Assembly (NCBI RefSeq): GCF_035084215.1
Contig: NC_090328.1
Location: 30,442,001 to 30,506,000 of the forward strand
Reading direction: 5' to 3'
Length of the DNA: 64,000 nt
DNA from: Heptranchias perlo
Lineage: Eukaryota
Shown: piece after piece, positions 37,636 to 49,143 of the stretch
Position numbering within the stretch: position 1 is the stretch's first letter
How the letters are laid out: each line of letters opens with the position of its first letter
Made by a program: the position numbers and the translations under genes
Notes under the pieces: model-generated
The model's database searches: none
Seen by the model: the letters and a program-made list of their open reading frames with translations, nothing else
What the model was told of the DNA's origin: nothing

Positions 37636-38395
37636 CATAGAATCATACATCACAGAAGGAGGCCATTTGGCCCATCATGCTTGTGCTGGCTCCTTGAAAG
37701 AGCTATCCAATTGGTTCCACTTCCCTGCTGTCCAGCCTCCCACCCCCATAGCCCTGCAAATTTTTCCTTTTCAAGTATATATCTAATTCCGTTTTGAAAG
37801 TCACTATTGACACTGCTTCCATCACCCTTTCAGACAGTGCATTCCAGATCATAACTCGCTGCATTAAAAAAAAAATTCTCCTCATCTCCTCTCTGGTTCT
37901 TTTGCCAATTATTTCAAATCTGTGTTCTCTGGTTACCGACTCTGGAATCAGTTTCTCCTTATTTACTCTATCAAACCCTTCACAATTTTGAACACCCCTC
38001 TTAATTAAATCTCCCCTTAATCTTCTCTGCTCTAAGGAGAACAATCCCAGCTTCTCTAGCCTCTTCACATGACTGAAGTCCCTCATCCCTGGTATCATTC
38101 TAGTAGATCTGCTGTGCGCCCGCTCCAAGGCCTTGACATCCTTCCTCAAGTGTGGTGCCCAGAATTGGACACCATACTCCAGCTGAGGCCTAACCAATTA
38201 TTTATAAAGGTTTAGCATAACTTCTTTGCTTTTGTACGCTATACCTCTATTTATAAATCCCAGGATCACATAGGCATTTTTAACAACCTTATCAACTTGT
38301 CCTGCCACCTTCAAAGATTTGTGTATGTGAACCCCTTGTATCTATTCCTGCAACCCCTTTAAAATTGTACCATTTAGGTTATATTTTTTCTTTTT
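37636..38395 (-). mobile_element. CR1 3' portion
   Basis: VRPQLEYGVQFWAPHLRKDVKALE...LGLFSLEQRRLRGDLI; tail CATAGAATCATA. Confidence 0.9.
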
Positions 38396-40754
38396 GAGAA
38401 TGGGTGACTGTTTTTCTACCTACAACCCTATGGAGTATCTCTGCTCAGCACCTCTTCAGCTGGTTTGTCTCTGATGACATGAGTGGACTATCCAATTGAG
38501 TTCTGACATGCTTTTCCCATTCCATGGCACTGCATGTTAATGCTTCAAAATGCAGCACTGTATCTCCACTGTGGTCACAATGTCTTTTTTAAAATTTATA
38601 TTGTTGGGGGGGGGGGGGCGCGGAGAGAATGGCGGCATGGTGAACCATGTGTTGAAGTTCTAATGTGCTACGTCCACAGTTCACCAAATGGAGAGTTCTT
38701 AATCTCTGAATATGCTGTAAGAAGGTTCTGAGTAGAAGAGATACTTCTACAAGGAAGGAAAATCAGAGGACTGGTTATCACAGGCATTCTCATAAACCCG
38801 CAGAGCATCAAAACCTTGATCAGGTCCCTATCTGCTTCCTCCAGGCCAAGAAACTACATCGCATAAAAGTCTGCAGACGAAAAAATGTCTTTTACAAAAA
38901 AAAAATGAAGCTGTAATAGAAATTAAGCCTTTGCTCGTCTGTAATGGGAATTGGTGCCAATGAAAAAGACATACTGCAATGAAGTTATACAGGGTAATTT
39001 CCGACTTTAACCGCCAGCAGGGAATCTCGTGCACTGGGAGTGCAGATCCTAAATTTGAGCGGACACTGCTCCAACCACTAATCAGAAAAAGTCATCCATG
39101 ATGCATGCCTGAATTTCCCATACGCACTCTCGGAAGCCTAGGCTTCCTGCCAGTAGTACAAGGTCAGAAAATTGTCCTATAAAGAAAATAACCAGGATTG
39201 TCTTCCATGTGAAAATTGGAAAAGAAAAGGCCTTCCTTCAGCTCACATAGTCCAAGAGCCTCATAATATTGGTTGAAGATATGAAATTGTAGTTGAGCTT
39301 CCCATCCCCCACAGAAATAAGTACAACAGACCTTTAAAATGTTCGGCGAGCTTTGCTGTGCTCCCTAGTTTCCAACCTTTTCTGTAATGGTGGTGGCTCC
39401 AGCACTGTGGAGCCAATTCCCTTCAACAGACCATGAGTAATATGCTTAAATTAGGGCTCTACCCAATCCATTTAAACTCCTCAGTTGAGTTTCTGTGCTT
39501 TTTGGCCCTTGTCACCACATTTTTTCCCCCCTCACTCTGAAATTGCGATCAAAATTTCAGAATACCTGTCTAAGATTACCACCTGCGTTTGTTTTCCTTG
39601 GCATAGCATTTCCATGGCTACAGCAGCTCAGTAACTATAATTTTCCACACAGCATTTAACTTTCTCTAACTGACCTTTTCCTTCTAACACTCTCATTCCT
39701 AATCAGATATGCATTCACTTGTTTTTGTAGGTCTGTTTAACTGCTTTAGCTAAAAGTCTACTTCACATATCCTTTTTCTCCACACCTCCTTCAAAAAAAG
39801 ACTGGTTTACTGGATATGAATCAACATTTCCAATTTTTTTCATTAATTTTTTGACACAAGCAAATCAACCTGTTGGTCCTGGGGTGGGGGGGGAGAAAGA
39901 TCAATGGAACCCAGCATCTTCTCTTTCCCCCCACCCCTCCTGTAAAATACACAATTCTAGTTTCCTGGAATTACAGATTTACAAGGATAACAACTTCGCC
40001 AAAGTTTTTTTTGATTTGCCACAATAAGCAGCTTGGATATATCAAGTTATTGGTATAGTATGGGAAGAAGGGCAGCTAAATTTGCCATTGGTTAAAATTA
40101 TGATCTATGGTACAGGATTTGATTATTAAACCTGTTTTTGATTTATAGTAATGGGGAATATTAATTTCACTGAATTGGCTTTCAGTAGATTGTAGATGTA
40201 ACTACAGCTACTGCTAGTGTGATTGAGATTCAGGTCGACCAAAGGTATCTCTTTCTTTAACAGATTCACTTTTTAAAAACTTTAGCCCAATTCTGAAGAT
40301 GAAAATGCTGATAAACAGGGGATGGGTACTAACTTGTAATTTAAATGTCAGTTGCTTAAAGTATAATCTCTATGCAAAACTCATTTTATTGCATAATTCT
40401 GATCTTTAATACATCTAGTTTATAAATTTAAATGAATAGATGATTGCTTTAAATACCTAGGTAACCATTCACATTAAAAAGGGTAGATTTGTAAATGTTG
40501 TTCATCACTTTTTGTACCATGGAGTGAGGCAGAGATCAGCTAGAAATCATCTACAGGGCAGTTATATTGATGTGAAAAGAACACTGTGTTTCCATGCTGC
40601 GCCAGTTGATCAGACTAAAATTATGGATTCACTTTATAGTTATGGAACAATAGTGTTGGTGTTGAGTGTTTTAATTCCAAGTAGCTAGCAAAAATTCTTT
40701 GCTAGCCTCCTCCCTACCCCACCAACTTTCTGCCCTTCTATAGCTGCTAACTTG

Positions 40755-41130
40755 TACAGGGATATGATTTCAGTGGTGCTCACTGCTTTCCAGTACTTCT
40801 CATAAGTGGCAATTCCTAATGTATGATTCGAATGCATCAAATGCCAGCATGCTATTCAACTGTGTTGGGCACCACAACTAAGCCCAATCCTGTCCTCACT
40901 TTGAAATTCACATACATGCTTTTGAACAAAAATCACTAGATAGGAATCAGGAGTGTCAGATTTTCTTCCATCCCAGCCCGAGGACACCAAAACCAATTAC
41001 AGCACCCCCACTACTGTTCCAGCTGAGATTAGTTAACTAGAAGCAAATCAGTGACTTAACCTAGAATACTTCTGCTCTGTATGGATCAGTTCCACAATGA
41101 ACATTGCTCTTAACTAAATGAGCCATTGGG
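40755..41130 (-). mobile_element. LF-SINE-like SINE
   Basis: Minus strand TGGCTCATTTAGTTAA head, CTAATCTCAGCTGG..CAGTAGTGGGGGTGCTGTAATTGG, GTGAGGACAGGATTGGGCT. Confidence 0.7.
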
Positions 41131-41562
41131 AAACTCATTTCCCTCATTTATTGAACACTACGTATAAAGCAGAAATTGCTATAATTGCATGAAGAATAAC
41201 ATTGCTAGTGATACTGTTTTTAAATTTTCATACTTCAGGTGAGGTGATAACCCTGTTTTTTTTTCTCCCCCACCACCATGTTCTGCTGACTTGCAACTTT
41301 ATTTCTTAGTTCTATTTGCTCCACTGACAACAAATCTGCCTGTTGTCTCAACAAAGGTTTTTGTATTTGCAGTCCTAGGATCAGTGTTTTGGTAGCTCTT
41401 CTGCTTTCAGAATTGTTTCACTCATTTTTCACACTATTCTGCGTTTCTGATTTGATATTGGATGTTAAAGGCACTGTATAAATGCAAGTTGTTGTTGTTG
41501 TGAACTGTCTTGAGATATTTCAGAGATGTGCTAAGGGGCCATGTATATACAAAAACCGCCTT

Positions 41563-41935
41563 CCAATTTTCTCCCTGCCTCTCCTAAATGCACTCATCCA
41601 TGCCAAGATATTGGTTCCACCTATGCCAACAGCCCTCTAGTGCCAGTACCAAGTGACCATTCTTAATGTGAGTCCAGATGCTGAGTGTCAACCAGGAGGA
41701 CATCAAAACTGAGCCCAATCGTAGCCTCATCTGAATCCCAATAGAAGTTACTCTATCAACGGGATAGAGAATCTTGGTTGATTTTTGCTACTCCCTAGCC
41801 AGGGACACTAAGACTAATGCTAGTGCCCCTATTGCTGCCCTTGCTAAGATCAGAAAGATTAACACAGACCGGGGTTCGAACTTGCGACTTTCTTGGTCCT
41901 TATGGCTAATATTACACTAGGTAATGCGTTTATCT
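41563..41935 (-). mobile_element. LF-SINE-like SINE
   Basis: Minus strand GTTCGAACCCCGGTCTGTG, GGCAGCAATAGGGGCACTA, CCCTGGCTAGGGAG, AAGAATGGTCACTTGG, GGGAGAAAATTGG. Confidence 0.75.
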
Positions 41936-41949
41936 GAATTTTCATCTGA

Positions 41950-42510
41950 TGAAACACTCATCTGTGCCTTTGTTACCCCTAGACTCGACTCTTCCAATAC
42001 TCTCCTAGCCAGCCTCCCACCTTGCACCCGCCGTAAACTTGAGCTCATCCAAAACTCTGCCGTATCCTAACTTGCACCAAGTCCCGTTCACCCATAACCC
42101 CTGTGTTCGCTGACCTACATTGGCTCCTGGTCCAGCAACCCCTCAATTTAAAAATTCTCATCCTGGTTTTCAAATCCCTCCATGACCTCACCCCTCCCTC
42201 TCTCTGTAACCTCCTCCAGCCCTACTACCCTCCCAAATCTTTACACTCCTCCAATTCTGGCCTGTTGCGCATCCTCCATTTCCATCACTCTGCCATTGGT
42301 GGCTGTGTCTTCACCTGCCTAGGCCCTAAGCTCTGGAATTCCCCCTCTACCTCTTTCTCCTTTAAGATGCTCCTTAAAACCAAACTTTTGATCACTCGTC
42401 CTAATATCCCCTTATGTGGCACAGTGTCAAATTTTGTTTGATAATGCTCCTGTGAAGCGCCTTGGGCTGCTTTACTACGTTAAAGGTGCTATATAAATAC
42501 AAGTTGTTTG
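41950..42510 (+). mobile_element. L2 LINE 3' end
   Basis: ADLHWLLV...KILILVFKSLHDLTPPSLCNLL is the typical L2 ORF2 C-terminus; tail TGTGAAGCGCCTTGGG...GCTATATAAATACAAG. Confidence 0.88.
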
Positions 42511-43670
42511 CATTCCCTTGGGCCCAGGTTCTACTTTGCGTTTTCAGTGTAATTGTTGGCTGGTTGATGGTACTTGGATTTAAGAAATCTATTCTCAACC
42601 TTTGAATTTTTCACAACTCCTCTTCAATTCCTTCCACCTACTCATTATTGGAATCTGTCAGAACTCTGCTTTAGGACTCGCAAGAAGTTAGCTAAATCAT
42701 TGCTAACTAATCCTGGCCTCTAGCTATCTCAGTTTGTGTTCTGTGCAGTTAATCCTCCTTTCCCACTGATCTTGGGCATCCTTGCTAAATACAGGCATAA
42801 CGTAGAACACTTGCCAGTGGTGGGCACAGGAAGTAAAGGGACTATGGCTGCAGCCTCCCTTGACAGATAGTTTGTCCATTTTGGAGGGCTTAAACCCACG
42901 ACCTTCTGACTCAGGTGTGAGTGCTACCAATTAGCCAAAGCTAATGGGAAAAGTTTGTGATCTCTAGCCTCCAACCTCTGTTTCTATTGCAGCCTTTTTT
43001 TGTTTCTCTCTATTTTATTGTTTTTATTTTCCTCTAGTTTCTCCTAACTCTTTTACAGATATTTCTCCCTTCCAACATCCTCACTGCATTAAAAATCTAG
43101 ACTCATTCAATAGTCTCCTATTCTCTCATGCTTTTCCATGAGTTAAACTGAGGTACTCATTTCATCCCATCTCTTTCTGCCTCTTTCCCCACCCCCCCAC
43201 CTTCCCCCTTCAAAAGCTTGGAATCAGCTAATTGCTACCTCTTGATTTACCTAACTCTCTGTTTTACCAACACTGGGCCATACCCTTTCACCTTTGTTCC
43301 TTAATTTAAAAAAAATCTTGTTTGACATGTAGGTAGGGCTATTCTTAAGTCCCATTTGCATTCATATCTAAAATTTACAAATGTTATCTGTCTCAGGAAA
43401 TCACATTACCAAGGGTTTCATACCAATTGTTCTTCCATTGAGAAGGAAGCACCTGGGGTGATGTATACAGGGATTACCCTATTCTGTAGATATTTAGAAA
43501 ATCTCTATGCTAGAGGGAGCATAAGTCCATTTAGTCTGCCTTCCTGTTGCCCTATTGTAACCATTGATGTTTCTATTCAAGATACTTGTCCAACTTTACC
43601 TTGGAAACCTGTTACTTGCCCCCACAAACCTCCCACCCAGTAAACAATTCCAAAAACTGATCTCTGTTAA

Positions 43671-43848
43671 TCAAAAGCAAAATACTGCAAATGTTGGAAA
43701 TCTGAAATAAAAACAGAAAGCTGGAAATACTCAGCAAGTCAGGCAATACCTGTGGAGAAAGAAACAGTTAACGTTTCAGTTAACTGTTTCTTTCTCCACA
43801 GACGTTGCCTGACTTGCTGAGTATTTCCAGCATTTTCTGTTTTTATTT
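43671..43848. repeat. Palindromic Penelope-type terminal repeat pair
   Basis: Arms 43705-43772 and 43779-43848 are near-perfect inverted repeats around GTTTCA. Confidence 0.85.
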
Positions 43849-43869
43849 GACTGACTGTTAGTTATGTTT

Positions 43870-46800
43870 TCTTGCATCCTGTCTAAGGCTAATTGTTTTC
43901 TTGTATCTCCTTTTTCTGCCTCCTTGTACCAATTCAAATAGCCCTGACTGATCCTCTGCATCCCTGAGCCTTTTTAATTTGAAAACCTGAGTTTTTTCTC
44001 CAATTAAAAGAATCCAAGTTCTTTGACTCTATCCTCATGTGTTTTATAGTTAGTTTAGTAGTTTTTCTCTGCTACATCCTTCTAATGTGGGTTCCAGCAT
44101 ATGTTCCAGGTGTGACCTGATCAGTGTTCTATACAATAGCAGGATTAATTCTTTTGATCTTATTATAGAACCTCAAATGCCATTTTTTTTGGCAGCAGCT
44201 AGGCACTGTCTTATATTTTGAGGTGTGTGTGTGTGTCGTCCGCAGATTGAGACTTAAAACATCTGACACAGGTCACAGGAAAATGTTGATAAATACAAGT
44301 CCCAACACACAGCTCTGTGGGGATCCACTTGTCACACTGTCCAACCCAAATACTTACCAGACACTACTTGATCTATCTTCACACGCTGTCACTGCACCAT
44401 GGCTACAAATTCTCTGAACTAATTTTATAAGACACCTTATCAAAAGCTTTACTAAAATCCAAGTATACCACATTCTCTTACTTACCTACATCTTTTGTTA
44501 CATTGCAGTGGCATTACTTGCCTTTTGTAAATCTCTGGCTCTTACCAATTAGTTTATATCTTCCTAAATCTTCTACTACCTTATCCTTGATGATTGATTC
44601 TAGAATTTTCACTGATTACAAATGTGAGGCTAACTTGTCTATGATTACATGGATCCCCCAGTTCCATTTTTAAATAAGAGCACTACATTTGCTATTCTCT
44701 TGCTCTGCTACTACCCTGTTTTCTAACTAATTGCTAAAGATTTCTGCTAGTACATCCATGAGTTCTCCAAGAACCCTAGGATGAATCCCATCCAGTCCAA
44801 GTTTATTTATATGGATCTTATTCAGTATTCAGCCAAAAACTCTGTAGTAATGTTAATTTTATGATACCTTAATCTAACTAGCTTGGAACATCCACTTGGC
44901 TATTTAGCCCTGTACTGTGCTTTACATAGAATCATTACAGTATCGCTATTGAGTCTCATTCCTCTGAACTTTTCCCATACCATTTTACATTTTTTTCCCA
45001 ATAGTTTTCTACTTTCTTTACAAAAGCTATTATGGATCCTGCTCCCACCACTTTTTTTGGGTATTCCATTCTCTTAAGAACCCTTTTTTTAGAAAAAAAA
45101 AGCACTTCTCCACCCTGGTATCTTTTTAATGAATCTCTGCTGCGCCATCTCCACGGCCTTGACATCTGCATAAAGTAGGGCTCCCAAAACTGAACACAAT
45201 ATTCCAAATGCTGCATCATCAAAGATTTGTATAGGTTTAGTATTACTTTGCTTTTGTATTTGATGCCCCATTATAAATCTAGCGTCCCACATGGTTGTTT
45301 TTTTTAAAAACAGCTGTATTAACTTATTCTCTCTTTAAGAAATCCCTATTTTCTCATTTAATATGGATCAGTAGAACTCAATTTTTCATCTGTCTGCATT
45401 TTCACTAATCTTGACACCCATTTCCTAAGCTAGACACTCCTGCATTTTTTTCCTTTCCCCAAAAATTGAAAAGTGTTGTAGTTTGTCTTGATTTCCCTAG
45501 CAATTCCAAGTTATTTTAGCAACTTTTTACACTATATAGATTTCCTTATATTGATGTTATCCACAATAGAGAATAATAAACTTGTAATATTTGAATGTCT
45601 TTGCTTTATTCTTAAAGTCCTTGTCTGCCATTTTGGCTGGTGGTCTTTATTCACTATTCTTCCTATTACTCCTAATTATACATTTCTGCAAATGCCCTTA
45701 AGTCTGTTCCAATTAGTTACCTCAGTGCCTCCTTTTTTTTCAGCCCTGTCCAATTCCCCTAAAATGTGTCTTCCTAAAGTTTATTGGTCTATTGCTACTG
45801 TTAATCTTTTTTTTTACCCTGAACCTCAGGACCCTGCAATCACACTCTCAACTATATCCTGCATTAACTCCTATTATGATGTCCCCAATGGTAAGCATTA
45901 GGTCAAGTACAGTCTCATTTCAAGTCCCTTCTATTGTTACATGTTGATTCATGCAGCAGCCCCTAACTACATTCAGAAATGCTGGATCTCTTTCCAGCAC
46001 TCTTTGATGTCCTGCCATTTATAAATTGCAATGACTCCACTGCTGCATTATATCACTTTTACACCATTTATGCTCTTCCAGCATCATAATCCCATTTGTG
46101 CTCTTCCTCCTCCCTCCACCTAACTAAATGTTCATTATACCTGATGTCCACAAATAGTCTATAAACCCTTACAATTCTAGCATTTGTGTACAACTTTATT
46201 CACTCATCTTTTAATTTATGTTTACTGTTTATCCTTTTGCCTTTTCTGTGATTTTTTTTTTTTTGATTAAGCATTGATTTCCTGTAGTATGGTGTACACT
46301 TGATTTTGTTGCGCCTTATCTAAACTTTCCTGGTTCTCTTGTACACATGTACTGGCTTCGTCCTCCAACTTCCTATTTGAAATATCCCTGTATCTTTTTC
46401 AGTCACTCTTCAAGTGACGCTCATCTGGTCAGTACAAGCTTTCTCTGGTCCAGAAGGCACTCTAGTCCCCTAGAAACCAACACCACACTCTTTGCCATGA
46501 GTTGATATCTTTTATCCTAGCCTGTCTCTGAAATACTAGTGATGCTACATGCTGGAGAAGAGAATGCTGCCTTGTCAGTCCTATCTTTTAAGCTTTCTCC
46601 AACCTTCCTGAAATTACTTTGAAGGACTACTGGACTACACCTGCCTATGTCACTGATTCCAACATGGACTACAATTGCTGCTTTTTGTCTCCCCCACTCC
46701 TTTAATAGATCATCAACCCTTGAGCTGAGATCAGTCACCCATGTATCTGGGAGACATCTGGCTGTTCTCATGCATACCTTCTAAGGGTGAACTCCCTGTT

Positions 46801-47250
46801 ATCATTACTGATCTTTTCTTCCTCTTGTGTTGCCCCCGCCCCATTCCTATTGAAAGGCCCTTGGTACTCTGAGTTTTTGTAGCCACCTGTTCGACTCTGT
46901 TTACCAGGCACTCTGTTTGCCATGGGAGGTGTTCTAGTGAAGTGGTAGTTGCAGCTTCCCCCCAACCTCCAAGCACAATTCCTTCCTCTATTTGTAAGTT
47001 TGTCTTGCAGCTTCCCTTGTCCCCTGTCTTTTTGTTGGGTGTGGCCACATAACTTTGTTAAACTCTTGTCTTCCCTTCTTATCTTAACACAACCAAGTCT
47101 TTCAAGAGCTGTGATTTGTATCCTGAGGGTTGCAATGAATTTGCATTTGTAGGAATCTTGCAATATGGGCAATGCAACACAAGAGATGTCCTGCCTTTCT
47201 TGAGGTTTTATCTCTTCCAGTTGTAAAGTCTACTATACTGTACTCTGTAG
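43870..47250 (-). mobile_element. Old, nearly full-length but fragmented CR1 (ORF1 esterase, EN, RT) with a separate CR1 3' piece near 44930-45330
   Basis: ORF1 remnants VMITGSS (GDS block), RCLP, IVVHVGISD (VHVGTND block); LYTNAR near 46180-46196; RT remnants at 44050-44800. Confidence 0.7.
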
Positions 47251-47529
47251 CACTCCACACAATCTTTCTTCCTTGTAGAAATCTATTTAAGCTGTGTCAC
47301 TCCTGTTTTGTCAGAGGATTAAAAAAAAATGCAACTGAATGTTAGTGGTATTACTAACCACCAACTCTTAATTCCAAGTCACAACACCCTTGATAAAGAA
47401 AAAGGTCATCCCTGCTCTACCAAATATTGCTCCACTTCATGTGATTATTTCATATGGAATCAAAACATTTATAGAACTCTCATTACTAAATGCAATTTGG
47501 GTTCTGAAGGTTGTTTCATTGTTCCTTAA

Positions 47530-47660
47530 AATCCACCTCTTTGACCAAGCTTTTGGTCACTCCTCCTTTGCCTTGGCATCTATTTTTGTCTGATTATGTT
47601 TGTGAAGCACAATGGGACATTTTTCTACATTAAAAGTGCTTTACAAATACAAGTTGTTTT
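47530..47660 (+). mobile_element. L2 3' tail
   Basis: CTCTTTGACCAAGCTTTTGGTCAC...TGTGAAGCAC...AAATACAAGTTG. Confidence 0.7.
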
Positions 47661-47867
47661 GCCTGGCAGGGCAGCAACCAAGGCTTTCTCTGCTCTTGCT
47701 GTGACACTCTCATGGGCCAATAACATGCACAGTTTTCCTAGATCACACTTTTGAGGCAACTAGCAAGAGCAATCTTCATACTTTCTAAAGGCATTGCTGC
47801 CTCAATTTTATCTGATCAGGACAGGTGCTTCAGTGTGGTTTTGCTCCAAGCTGGCCTGAAGCTGCAG

Positions 47868-48637
47868 ATGGCGAGAAACTGGAAAGTACTGCAGTACAAA
47901 GGGATCTGGGGGTCCTAGTGCAAGAAAATCAAAAGGTTAGTATGCAGGTGCAGCAGGTGATCAAGAAGGCCAACGGAATGTTGGCTTTTATTGCTAGGGG
48001 GATAGAATATAAAAACAGGGAGGTATTGCTGCAGTTATATAAGGTATTGGTGAGACCGCACCTGGAATACTGCATACAGTTTTGGTGTCCATACTTAAGA
48101 AAAGGCATACTTGCTCTCGAGGCAGTACAAAGAAGGTTCACTTGGTTAATCCCGGGGATGAGGGGGCGGACATATGAGGAGAGGTTGAGTAGATTGGGAC
48201 TCTACTCATTGGAGTTCAGAAGAATGAGAGGCGATCTTATTGAAACATATAAGATTGTGAAGGGGCTAGATCGGGTGGATGCGGTAAGGATGTTCCCAAG
48301 GATGGGTGAAACTAGAACTAGGGGGCATAATCTTAGAATAAGGGGCTGCTCTTTCAAAACTGAGATGAGGAGAAACTTCTTCACTCAGGGGGTAGTAGGT
48401 CTGTGGAATTTGCTGCCCCAGGATGCTGTGGAAGCTACATCATTAAATAGATTTAAAACAGAAATAGACTGTTTCCTCGAAGTAAAAGGGAATTAGGGGT
48501 TACGGGGAGCGGGCAGGAAATTGGACATGAATTTAGATTTGAGGTTAGGATCAGATCAGCCATGATCTTATTGAATGGCGGAGCAGGCTCGAGGGGCCGA
48601 TTGGCCTACCCCTGCTCCTATTTCTTATGTTCTTATG
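47868..48637 (+). mobile_element. Young 5'-truncated CR1, same subfamily as 59189-62550
   Basis: Open frame of about 205 aa nearly identical to the C-terminus of ORF 59399-60406; TTCTTATG tail repeats. Confidence 0.93.
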
Positions 48638-48792
48638 AGATTTCCCTCCAATATTTTGTGTATGGCTCCTATTTTATATGTGGAGTTTGAAGAGGAATAG
48701 TAAATTATTTATCATTTGGATTGTCTTTATTTTTAAGTTGAATGCAACCTCCACGTACAAAGCTTCTCTATGGGCAGCCTTGTCTCTTTCTG

Positions 48793-49143
48793 AATGTCAG
48801 GAATTTTACAACACCAGGTTATCTTACAACACCATTTACCTGACGAAGGAGGAAGCCTCCGAAAGCTTGTAGATTTCAAATAAAAATTGTTGGACTATAA
48901 CTTGGTGTTGTAAAATTGTTTACAATTGTCAACCCCAGTCCATCACCGGCATCTCCACATCAGGTTATAGTCCAACTGTTTTATTTGAAAATCACAAGCT
49001 TTCGGAGGCTTTCTCTTTCGTCAGGTGACGAAGGAGAAAGCCTCCGAAAGCTTGTGATTTTCAAATAAAACAGTTGGACTATAACCTGGTGTTGTAAGAT
49101 TCCTTACATTTGTCAACCCCAGTCCATCACTGGCATCTCCACA
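48793..49143. mobile_element. Penelope-type terminal-repeat array (direct and inverted copies) flanked by a 12-bp duplication
   Basis: Unit TGACGAAGGAG..AGCCTCCGAAAGCTTGT...TTGGACTATAAC.TGGTGTTGTAA...CCCCAGTCCATCAC.GGCATCTCCACAT is repeated; TCTTTCTGAATG at 48785-48796 and 49144-49155. Confidence 0.85.
48834..48874 (+). ncRNA. Minimal type I hammerhead ribozyme motif
   Basis: Stem I ATTTAC/GTAGAT, core CTGACGA, extra A, stem II GGAGG-AAG-CCTCC, GAAA, palindromic AAGCTT in place of stem III, UH site TT. Confidence 0.7.

Noticed and set aside
38991-39178. Possible small MITE
   Set aside because: Terminal inverted similarity is too weak to call by eye.
48793-49143. Repeat array as a CRISPR-like locus
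   Set aside because: No unique spacers or cas genes, eukaryotic context; explained by Penelope terminal repeats.
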